Positions 1 through 9,736 of a stretch of DNA of 18,394 nucleotides are shown here, piece after piece; positions within the stretch are counted from its first letter, which is position 1; every line of letters begins with the position of its first letter. The stretch is from assembly GCF_006345805.1 (NCBI RefSeq), contig NW_021824517.1, positions 1 through 18,394 on the forward strand. Direction: 5' to 3'. Made by a program: the position numbers and the translations under genes. A model generated the notes under the pieces. It worked only from the letters and a program-made list of their open reading frames with translations, made no database searches and was not told the DNA's origin. The stretch comes from Octopus sinensis. Its lineage: Eukaryota.

Positions 1-207
1 ACCCTTAACGTAGTTTCTCGGGATAATCAGCGTGACACAGAGAGTGACAAGGCTGACCCTTTGAAATACAAGTACAACTCATTTTTGCCAGCTGAGTGGA
101 CTGGAGCAACGTGAAATAAAGTGTCTTGCTCAAGGACCCAACGCGTCGCCGGGAATCGAACTCACAACCTTACGATCATGAGCCGAATGCCCTAACCACT
201 AAGCCAC
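1..207 (-). mobile_element. tRNA-derived SINE (family C here), 3' part truncated by the window edge
   Basis: The minus strand begins GTGGCTTAGTGG (A box, 196-207) and has GAGTTCGATTCCC (B box, 151-163). These are followed by TCCTTGAGCAAGACACTT (119-136), which resembles the CORE/V-type central SINE domain. Confidence 0.85.
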
Positions 208-244
208 TTATATATATAAGATAAAACAGAATTCCTCACCTTCA

Positions 245-660
245 ACCCCAGCATCTTAACATTTAAATGCACTCATCTGAAAATTCTAAATCCCATTCCG
301 ATCTTTCTGGCACTGCTCTCCTTCCCTTTAAGAAAAGAAAACGGAGCTCGGTAACCTCTTGCGAGGATCACAGCGTTCAGTTATACAGAACCAGATACTT
401 TCGAATATACTCGATGGTGCAACACTTGTCTGTATATAACCAACACTACAATGATCACCAGGCTTAAGTCACAGTACCAGATTAGCCAAATCTTCTATTG
501 CACATCGTCCATCATATAATGCATCATCTGTCGGCCATGTTACACATGGAAAACAAGCCGTCATCTTACCGGTCGCTTTCGCCAACATATTCGAAACATG
601 TTACTACATATTCCCATTGCCAATACATCGCTACCCACTTCACGTCAATGAACCATTCCG
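245..660 (+). mobile_element. Penelope-like element relic, GIY-YIG endonuclease region (pseudogenised)
   Basis: The frame from 412 reads RWCNTCLYITNTTMIT...YQISQIFYCTSSII*CIICRPCYTWKTSRHLTGRFRQHIRN. This matches the PLE pattern C..C...T....F.C.S.NvIYcI.C..C...YIGeT.R.L..RF.EH. A TAA at 517-519 replaces the Tyr, and upstream LLPFKK and EPDTF segments lie in shifted frames. Confidence 0.75.
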
Positions 661-1091
661 TTGTACATTTATCAGTGTGCTGACACAAAAGAAAAAAAGG
701 AAAGAAACATGCCATTATATATTTATCAGTGTGCTAATTCAAAGAAAAGAAAGGGCAATGTTTCATATTAACCCCAACATTTTGTTTTGTTGTTTGTTTG
801 TTTTTTGGTGAAGTGAGGTCTGTTTTCTCGTACTACACCTTCGCCCCTTCCTAATAAAGTAAAACCGTTTTATTAGCCAGCTCGCCTTTCACCATAACTC
901 ACCCCTCCACTTCACTCCTGCTAGCTTCTCTTTCTCTTTTCATTTCTTTTTTCCATCTCTTTCTGTCACCTTCCTCCTATTCCTCCCTGTCTATGACTTA
1001 CTCCCACGTTGTTTTGCGTTTCATATCAGTTTGCATCAAAGTGTGTCTCTTCTATCCCTCAAAGACTATTCATTCTCTTCGAATTCTGTTT

Positions 1092-1123
<32 letters not shown>

Positions 1124-1283
1124 TACATACATATAAGCGGAATGACCTGTAAGTGGGCATCTATTACGCTAGAAGAAGATCCGCTATGGTCTTACCACCA
1201 AGAAGGTAATGTTCTCAAGAAAATTTAGCAAACGCCAGAACGTAAGCGAGCAAGACAAATGAAATGATACAAAATATATTTTA

Positions 1284-1355
1284 ATCACAAACCAGGTTTC
1301 GTTGTTATTGCTTACGTAATCATTTACGTAATTGTCCGCAACTCATCAGTGTAAT
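1284..1355 (-). ncRNA. Minimal type I hammerhead ribozyme motif
   Basis: The minus strand reads AUUACA-CUGAUGA-GUUG...CAAC-GAAA-CCUGGU-U-UGUGAU. Stem I is 6 bp (1350-1355 with 1284-1289), the core CUGAUGA is at 1343-1349, stem II is GUUG/CAAC, GAAA is at 1297-1300, and the triplet is GUU. Confidence 0.65.
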
Positions 1356-1378
1356 ATACATATACACACTATATATAT

Positions 1379-1424
<46 letters not shown>

Positions 1425-1428
<4 letters not shown>

Positions 1429-1545
1429 CAAAATAAGTAAAAAGATATCAAGTAGTAATGCAGTACGACCGTTTCGAGCGATTCCATTTGATTCAACAAT
1501 GCAATCATTACAACATTTTAAATACTTCGAGCTCTGCGGATAATA
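1425..1545 (-). mobile_element. Probable Penelope-like terminal-repeat remnant with a decayed hammerhead half-motif
   Basis: The minus strand has an 8/9-bp stem followed by GCUC-GAAA-CG-GUC-GUAC, but no CUGANGA upstream. It abuts a (TA)n run. Confidence 0.35.
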
Positions 1546-1546
1546 T

Positions 1547-1585
<39 letters not shown>

Positions 1586-2519
1586 CTATGTGTGTGTATG
1601 TAAGTGGGTGGCTGTTTGGGTGAAACAAGTAAAACTTACTTCAGAAGGTTAAATTGCATAATGTAGTCCTTGAGATACAGAAAGGCTGGCACGCCTTTGA
1701 CATAGTTAAGCTCGATCTATATTACAGCTGATGTGGGACTAAACAGCAACAAGAACATCTTGTAAGAGTTGCTTCCGTTGAGGCACTCATCCGATCAGAG
1801 AAATGTCAAACTGACAAACGCATCTGGTCTCCCACACGTGCCATATAACTTACCGCGGTAAGAATACCGGGTAATTGCTTTTTTTTTGCTTTTTTTTTCA
1901 AAATTTTAACAGGAAACAGAACCACAACACAGTCGATCCTTCCCGATCCCTTGCTTATCCACTCACCATTCGTCGCTGCAATATATTGCCGAACACAATT
2001 AATAAAGAAACCTAGATCAGGTAAATCGGTACCATTCAAGTTTCCGGTTAATTTATTATTACAAAGGCAGAGATATTCAACGTTCAAAGCGAGACTCAAG
2101 GTTAATGACGCTTGTTCAATGATACCTTAAAGAAAATTTCTTTTTATAGCTGTTTTATATCATCTGAATATCAAAAACACAACAATATCCTGTACGATTA
2201 CTAAGAGGGGATTTTCACATTACCACACGACAATCACATAAAATGTAATGGGATTTTTTTTAATGAGGCATGAAACAATAATGAAGACCCCCACGCAACA
2301 CACCGACCAACATCAATATCCTTTTTGTTTTATAAAGATTTCAAAGGTTTCAAAGTGGTTATTTCCTGAAATATTTCGGCTTTTAATCTTTCAGTATTAT
2401 CGTAAATGTTCTGCGGTAGTTTTTTTTTTTTATATCACATAATATTTATATGCGTATAAACGTGTCTCACTCACAATCTACCTTTCTATCTGGTTAGATA
2501 ACTAAACACAATGATAGAT

Positions 2520-3030
2520 CTCCCTCCTCCCCTCGTTTTCTCTCTCTCTCTCTCCCTATATATATGTATATATATATATACATTATATAGATATGCATGT
2601 GGGCGTGTATGTGTGTGTGTCTGTATGATTATGTGTATGCCTTTATATATATATGCGTATATACGCGCACAGCATTCATACAATATGTAGATGTATATAT
2701 GTATGTGTGTACTTGTATATATATACATGTGTGTGTGGTGTGTGTGTGTGTGTACGAATGTGTGTTTGTATGTATGTATGTATGTATGTATGCATGTATG
2801 TATGCATGTATGTATGTATGTGTGTGTGTATGTATGTATAAGTGTACGAGTATGCGTGTGGATTTGTGCTAAGATATATTGGTGAATGCGTGCGTGTGTG
2901 TGCGTATGTGTGTGAGTGTGTGTGCCGTTCAACAGAAATTTTGTTTTGTCACAAATATCTTCTACACATTACAAGTTATATATACATATCTATACGCATA
3001 TACGCATACATATATCTATGTATGCGTGTA
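2520..3030. repeat. Compound microsatellite (CT)n/(TA)n/(TG)n/(TATG)n
   Basis: Directly visible; it explains the overlapping low-complexity ORFs at 2486-3186. Confidence 0.95.
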
Positions 3031-3054
3031 TTTATGCATTTGTGTTCGTGTGGA

Positions 3055-3200
3055 AACGTGGAGGCACGTGGTCTTGAGCCTAGAGCGTTAGGTTCATCAT
3101 CGTACAATCGTGGGGCCCAACTTCGTGTCATGGGTCTCAGCTTAGCAAAGCACTTTATTTCTCTTTACTCTATTCTATTCAGCTAAAATGAGTGCCTGCC
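3055..3200 (+). mobile_element. Degraded family C SINE
   Basis: Segments such as CGTGG.CTT, TCATCATCGTA and AGCAAAGCACTTTATTTC...TTCAGCT..AAAATGAGT are colinear with the reverse complement of 1-207. Confidence 0.5.
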
Positions 3201-3372
3201 TTTTGGTGATGCAGTCCTCCCTCCCTTCAGCTGTGTCCCTCTTTGTATAGGTTTGGTGGATTAGGTGCGCTACAGTTTGCACACCTAAAGCAAGTAGCGA
3301 AAGCGTGGTTCCAGCACTCAGGTGCTACTCACTTGCGAAAGACAACTAATCATTCGTGGACGTACGTAAATG

Positions 3373-3444
3373 GAGAGAGAGAGAGGGAGAGAGAGAGAGA
3401 AAGAGAGAGAAACAGACAGACAGATAGATAGGTAGGTAGGTAGG

Positions 3445-3496
<52 letters not shown>

Positions 3497-3526
3497 AACA
3501 GACAGACAGATAGATAGATAGGTAGG

Positions 3527-3600
<74 letters not shown>

Positions 3601-3606
3601 TAGATT

Positions 3607-3658
<52 letters not shown>

Positions 3659-3682
3659 TAGATATATAGACACACACACACT

Positions 3683-3720
<38 letters not shown>
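3373..3720. repeat. Compound (GA)n/(GACA)n/(GGTA)n/(GATA)n/(CA)n/(TA)n microsatellite
   Basis: Directly visible. Confidence 0.95.
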
Positions 3721-3821
3721 CAGATACATTTCCACGCAAATAAATGCGTGTCAATGCTTATGTATTCATATGTATTGACATTTATTTGAAATATATATGA
3801 AACAGATAACCAATGAGGACA

Positions 3822-3867
3822 AACAGAGACAGATAGACAGACACAGACAGATAGACAGGTAGGTAGG

Positions 3868-3945
<78 letters not shown>

Positions 3946-3987
3946 TAGAGATAGAGAGAGAGAGAGGAGAGAAGTAGATAGATATAT

Positions 3988-4064
<77 letters not shown>
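3822..4064. repeat. (GATA)n-dominated microsatellite
   Basis: Directly visible. Confidence 0.95.
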
Positions 4065-4065
<1 letters not shown>

Positions 4066-4282
4066 GCTTAAAAGTTCGGTGAAGTTAATATAATCAAGTA
4101 TTCAGGTAGTTTGGAGATTTTGAGAACATTAGCGTTTATCTATTTCTCTTTGAACTCCAACAATATGAATAATTAAGCAGTGCTACAGAAAATAGAACTT
4201 CAAAACTCAATTTGGAACCGGCTCTTTGCAATTTAGACTTCACAGAATTCACACAGAGCCGCTTGACGTTGGAAAGAGAATA

Positions 4283-4370
4283 CCTTGCGGTATTTATTCC
4301 TATTAGCTGCGCTATGAATTGAAATCCTACCGAGGTCAACTTTGCCTTTCATCCTTTCGGAATTCATACA
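4283..4370 (+). mobile_element. Family A SINE fragment
   Basis: CCGAGGTCAACTTTGCCTTTCATCCTTTCGG matches the reverse complement of the 9737-9965 copy (CCGAGGTCGACTTTGCCTTTCATCCTTTCGG). Confidence 0.75.
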
Positions 4371-4394
4371 AAAAAAAAAAACTTCCAGTCTTTG

Positions 4395-4520
4395 GCAGTA
4401 GATTGGCGGAACTGTTGTAGGGTCGGTCGTGACACGTTGCTGTATTTCTTTCATCTTTTTTGCGTTCTAAGTGCGATATATAAAACGACAATGGTGCCAA
4501 GATGTATCGCCGGAAGTCGC
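4395..4520 (+). promoter_or_regulatory. Possible core promoter (CCAAT box, TATA box, ETS site)
   Basis: ATTGG at 4402-4406, TATATAAAA at 4477-4485 and CCGGAAGT at 4510-4517 lie in a CpG-rich non-repeat stretch. This is motif-level evidence only. Confidence 0.25.
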
Positions 4521-4736
4521 TGACTGTTTGGCAGCGGGCAAGTCGCTTGGATAAACGTCGGTGGCGTAAAGAACGAGGGCGTTTTTTTTTTTTTAGAATG
4601 AGACTGCTGAGCGCGGATGTTTGGATGCTAGTGATTTGGCGCGGCTGGCTGGATAGTGAGCCTGTTTTGGCCACAATGTTCTTTTGGCACTGAAGGCAGC
4701 AAACACACACACGCATGTGCAGCAAGAAATTTACGC

Positions 4737-4860
4737 AGATAGATAGATAGAGAGAGAGAGGGGGGGGGGGAATGAGAGAGAGAGGGAGAATGAGAGAGAG
4801 AGAGAGAGGGAGAATGAGAGAGAGAGAGAGGGAGAAGAGAGAGAGAGAGAGAGGGAGAAT

Positions 4861-4892
<32 letters not shown>

Positions 4893-4913
4893 TAGATAGA
4901 TAGATAGATAGAC

Positions 4914-4982
<69 letters not shown>
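4737..4982. repeat. (GA)n/(GATA)n microsatellite with GGGAGAATGA(GA)n higher-order units
   Basis: Directly visible. Confidence 0.95.
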
Positions 4983-4989
4983 CCAGAGT

Positions 4990-5746
4990 GGACAGCAGCC
5001 TGTTGTCAGAGGTCTTACAGGATCTCTTTCCGTACCTTATAAGGTTTAATACTTGTTCCTGGGCGCTGCGCATCAATGCCTCAGCGTATCCTTTCAGATC
5101 ACTTTTTCTTAGCCACCTCCAAGTGTTGATTTCTCTGAGTTATTACCCATCCAGTGGTTTCGTCTTCCAGTTGTTTACTGTTTTTTTTTTCTTCTTAAAC
5201 TTGTTTCCTAAATGTTTTTGCACATTTCAGGCGGGTATTATATTGTTAATTCTAACAGCGACCACCAAGGGGTCATTCTGTTATTTGATATACCATCCCA
5301 GACTGTTCTTCTCGTTGACAACACAGATCTTGCATCCAATGAGACCCCCTCCGCCCCTGTCTCTAGGCACATACAGTCTGACAGTATCGCTCTTGGAGTC
5401 TAATTCCTTACAAATTGTCATCACTTTTCTAGTTTTCCTCTCCATTTCCTCAAGCTCATTCTTCCTCCACATCACCTGCACTCCATCGCATTAAGGAAAC
5501 AGCCCGTGACTTAAGTGCCCTGATTTAGTTTTTTTCCATTGAGTCTACTTCCCATAATTAACATGGTTCTTCTGCGAGATATTCTCGCTTAATTCTTTCT
5601 TTCATTTCACTTTCCTGGATTTTGTCGAATTCTAAAATTCCCCAGATATTTATATCCATTGGTCTCAATATCCTTGATTTTCTCGCCGTTGAGTAGCTCT
5701 ACACCATCAGACAACACTACTTTGCTTCTTTGTATGATAAGCATTA
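4990..5746 (-). mobile_element. R4/Dong/Rex6-type non-LTR retrotransposon relic (end of RT and downstream region)
   Basis: The minus strand reads, with frameshifts and stops: GVELLNGEKIKDIETNGYKYLG (5640-5657 for GYKYLG), ILEFDKIQESEMKERIKREY, ELEEMERKTRKVMT...RLYVPRDRGGGGL, and WKTKPLDG**LRE..TWRWLRKSDLKGYAEALMRSAQEQ. This is the motif order I know from the R4 clade. Confidence 0.8.
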
Positions 5747-5750
5747 TTTA

Positions 5751-5899
5751 TTTTGTTGTGTCTGGGGAGAGTCATTTTATTTTTGTGCCTTATAATGTAA
5801 CACACTCACCGGTAAAATTTCCACTTATTTCTTATTACCGGTGAGTGTGTTATATTATAAGGCACAAAAAGAAAATGACTCTCCCCAGACACAATAGAA
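5751..5899. mobile_element. MITE-like palindromic element (internally collapsed)
   Basis: Arms 5756-5815 and 5835-5894 are reverse complements at 58/60 positions around a 19-nt loop. TA dinucleotides lie at 5749-5750 and 5900-5901. Confidence 0.65.
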
Positions 5900-5980
5900 T
5901 ATACTTCATCACACGAACTCATATAAAGAATCTTGCAAACCAAATCCAAAAACGAAACATCATTTATTTATATATATATT

Positions 5981-5991
5981 TTCTTCTTCTT

Positions 5992-6070
<79 letters not shown>

Positions 6071-6131
6071 ATTATTATTAATTATTATTATCATCATCAT
6101 TATCATTATCACTTCAATAATGATAATAATA
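5981..6131. repeat. (CTT)n(ATT)n(CAT)n trinucleotide microsatellite
   Basis: Directly visible. Confidence 0.95.
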
Positions 6132-6809
6132 AATTATTCTTTTGCCTCTGGCCACTTTAATGTAGCCATAAGAAATACAGAGATTTTCTAACGGAAATTT
6201 TTGTTTGTTATATATTTATGGAGTAAATTTTCATTAGGGAGCGGGCAATAAAATTCCCTGTAAGTCCAGACTGCCTCATGGTCCCAGTAGACAAAATGGA
6301 AAAGGCGTTGCCCAGGAGGAAGAGGATGGCGAAGAGGATACGCGGGAACAACCAAACACTAGCGGACAGAAACCTCCGCCCCGATAGCGGTGAGAAGGGA
6401 TATGGTCTGGGGACCAAGAATGCCGGGTGTTCGAACATAAACGTATCAAAGAGCGACCGATAACTTAACAGTTCGCTTTTCTGAGCCTGACGAGCGGCTG
6501 GTAAAGGGTACAAGTATCCACGGTATATTCAGCCTCTTACACTATCGTCCAATATGTAGGTATTTCGTTTGATCGCATAATTGGAATGCTAATCTTTAAA
6601 AATCAACGCAAGATAAACTGTAAATGTACAAATACAATCTCCTGAGCTAACGATTTTAAATGGCAATGGTAGCAAAAGATAACATTTATGGAAGATAACT
6701 ATCAGTTTCGGTTTTCATTTCTGGTTAAAGCCATTTCGTTCCCCCACTTAAGTGGTAAAAACTTTTCAAACTACACAAATAAGCACTCTTTCAATTCATA
6801 TATTTTTAC

Positions 6810-6831
6810 CGTGTGTGTGTATGTGTATATA

Positions 6832-6894
<63 letters not shown>

Positions 6895-6913
6895 ATATAT
6901 ATATATGTGTGTG

Positions 6914-6952
<39 letters not shown>

Positions 6953-7000
6953 TTTCTCTCTCTATATATTATATATATATATATGTCTGTCTATCTATCA
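6810..7000. repeat. (TG)n/(TA)n microsatellite
   Basis: Directly visible. Confidence 0.95.
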
Positions 7001-7154
7001 ATATATATTCATGTATAGTATGGGGCCATTGTGTATTATTGAACAATTTTAAACCAATACATCTATATCATAACTTTTTTGAACGCCAATGAAATGCGTC
7101 CAATAAATTCTATCTAATGTATATAGTGGTCAAGTATGTTTTTCTTTTACACAC

Positions 7155-7217
7155 AGCAACAATGATAATAATAATGACAATCATAATAATAATAATAATA
7201 ACAATAACACAATATCT

Positions 7218-7278
<61 letters not shown>

Positions 7279-7285
7279 CAACAAC
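7155..7285. repeat. (AAT)n microsatellite
   Basis: Directly visible. Confidence 0.95.
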
Positions 7286-7584
7286 ATCAGAAAAGCTATA
7301 TCTTCGAAACCTTACTGAATATACTCTATAATTATATAGTGAATATATTTTGAATGCAAAACGGAAATTAAGTAATAACATTTACTTAGCTCAGAAGAAA
7401 AATGTTGATAATCAGATTAATTCGACACTTCAATACGAAAATGGTATTGAAAAAAAATCGATAAAATTGTTTTTGCTACTCCCAGTACGACGTTTTCGAA
7501 TTATTAGTCAGTAAGTGCAATAGTTCAGGTTTATCTATTTATTTATTTATTTGAAATGATTTGTAATATCGATAGTTCTTATAT

Positions 7585-7684
7585 CAATATCGCCTTTCTC
7601 TCTCTCACTCTCTCTCACTTTCATTTTCTCTCTCTCTCTCCCTCTCCCTCTCTATGTACATATATATATATATGTATGTATGTA

Positions 7685-7730
<46 letters not shown>

Positions 7731-7830
7731 GTATATATATATATATTATATATATATATTATATGCATTTACACACACACACATACACACACGCACACAC
7801 ACACACACACACACACCGCACATATATATA
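7585..7830. repeat. (CT)n/(TA)n/(TATG)n/(CA)n microsatellite
   Basis: Directly visible. Confidence 0.95.
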
Positions 7831-7834
7831 AAAT

Positions 7835-8470
7835 TATTTCGTCCGTCCTGGTCGACGATGATCCAAGGCATCACATGGGAGAGAAAAACGGGGCACGAAA
7901 TGTCCGGCTTTAGCCGATCAGTCCGACGTGTGCTCGGAAGATTCTGATGGCAAGTCGGGCGCTGGTGGTCTACTGGGGCCGAAGGCAAGAAATTGGCTTT
8001 GGACTGGCGCAGTTCCCTTTTTCTTTTTGCCCCTGCGATCCTGTTCTGCTCCTAGGAGGTGGAACCTCTGTTGATGAAGCTTCGCCTGTGTTGTACTCCT
8101 AGGAGGTGGCACCTCTGTTGGTAAAGCTTCGCCTGTGTTGTGCTTGTTTTTCTCCACCAGTCGGTGTTGATCTCAAAGCTCTTCACTGTGGATTTGAGTG
8201 TATCCTCGAAGTGCTTTTTTCTCTTCATCTTGCGCGCACTTGCCTTTTCCTCAGAAGTGTGTAAATGCTTGACCGAGAGAGAACCCCATGTCTGGAATCT
8301 TGTCATACCAGGTGTAGTTTCAACAGATTTCTCAGGTAGAAGCCATTTAGCATTTCGGCGAGGCTTTCGTGAACCGTTCAAGTCTTGCAGACGTACAATA
8401 GCGTAGGGAGTAAAACGTCTTGGTGTACCTCCTATTTCGTACATAAACAAACCAAACTTAGTGCGCATGC
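7835..8470 (-). mobile_element. RTE (BovB-like) LINE 3' relic
   Basis: Minus-strand segments are VLLPTLLYVCKT*TV, TWYDKIPD, SIYTLLRKRQVR, KKHFEDTLKSTVKSFEI and PTCH..FRAHVGLIG*SRT (terminal zinc finger). They are followed by an RTE-type tail, GATCATCGTCGACCAGGACGGACGAA, ending near 7838. Confidence 0.85.
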
Positions 8471-9555
8471 ACAACAGAGTTGAAGTTTAATCTGTGCCAA
8501 GCGGTTTTCCTCTGTGTGCTTTACCTTCGTTACTACGGCAACAGTCCGGATACTTATTGATCATACCACGTATATATACATACATACATATGTCAGCGTG
8601 TGTATATAAAAATTTTATTTCGTAATGAGATAAGAAAAAAACCAAGGCTGTGTAGATTTTAGAACATTTATACACACACGCACACACACTTGTTTGTATG
8701 GATGTATATTGTTATGTGCACGTAACCGTACTTATATCCAACTTTTCTCTCAAATGTATGTATTGTTAATTACGATCCACGTTTATTAATACTAAGTAAT
8801 TAACAACGTAGAACTCTATGGAAAATTCTTCTTTGATGCGACTTCGACAAGACCTTATTTAATCATTTTATGGTTCAAAATCGGAACAGTGGTTTTCGGA
8901 GGCTGGAGATAGAACTGCAATTATTTTTACGGGTGGAATACGAATATTCTAAAATCAAATACAGAAATACCAGCATTCATTTGACCTCTGTTCAAATTCA
9001 TTTCATTAATTACCTTGATTAATTGATTGAGCCATTAATTAAGATATAATTTACTTTAATCATTAATTTCCGAGAAAATATTATTACTGCTGACGGTGTT
9101 TGTTTTATATACAAATTTTGATTCTTCTATTTTAAGCCGACACTTCCTTTTTCATTCATATGTAAACACCTTGTCCTTAATTACAATATCTTCCTTAGCA
9201 TACACCTGGTTGATATGGGCCGAATTGGGTCTATAGCCCCATCATCACCACTACATGAGCGATAAAGCTTCAACTAGGTAATTCAGCATTGCAGAAATGG
9301 ATGCAGGAGTGGTTGTATGGTTAGAAGTTTGCTTCCCGAACACATGATTCCAGGTTCAGTCCCACTGCTTGGCACCTTGGACAAGTGTCATGTCTTCTAC
9401 TGTAGCCTCTGGTCAACTAAACCCTTGTGAGATGAATTAAGTAGACGGAAACAAAAGAAGCCCGTCGTGTGTGCATGTATGTATGTATGTATGTATGTAT
9501 GTATGTATGTATGTATGTACGTATGTATGTACGTATGTACGTATGTATTTTACTT

Positions 9556-9679
9556 GGGGCACTCCCTTGAAGAATGTTAAGTCGAATGAATCGGCCCCAG
9601 TATTTACCGCCTTTTTAAGCCTGGTACTTACTGCATCGGTCAGTCTTGCCGATCTGCTAAGTTACTGGGATGTAAACAC
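9556..9679 (-). mobile_element. Family B SINE 3' fragment, inverted
   Basis: Its reverse complement aligns to 9983-10095, with shared TAAGTACCAGGCTT and CGATTCATTCGA. Confidence 0.8.
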
Positions 9680-9736
9680 AGAAACATGTGTGTGTGTGTG
9701 CCTTTACCTTTGTCCCTTATCATCGCCTTACAACAT

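Noticed and set aside
1681-1755. Possible remnant of another repeat tail, with a similar stretch near 17420-17490
   Set aside because: The resemblance rests on a remembered consensus, and the two stretches align too weakly to each other to support a call.
1849-1862. Perfect 14-bp palindrome CTTACCGCGGTAAG
   Set aside because: About one such palindrome is expected by chance in 18 kb (18394/4^7), and there is no supporting context.
2486-3754. Long ORFs such as the 148, 133 and 134 aa ones here, and similar ones at 4336, 5845, 6688, 7556, 11192, 14640 and 16450
   Set aside because: They are translations of microsatellites that lack stop codons; there is no real coding signal.
6487-6493. CTGACGA hammerhead-like heptamer
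   Set aside because: No stem II followed by GAAA downstream.
9004-9067. Cluster of TAAT/ATTA homeodomain-like sites
   Set aside because: Expected at this AT content without conservation data.
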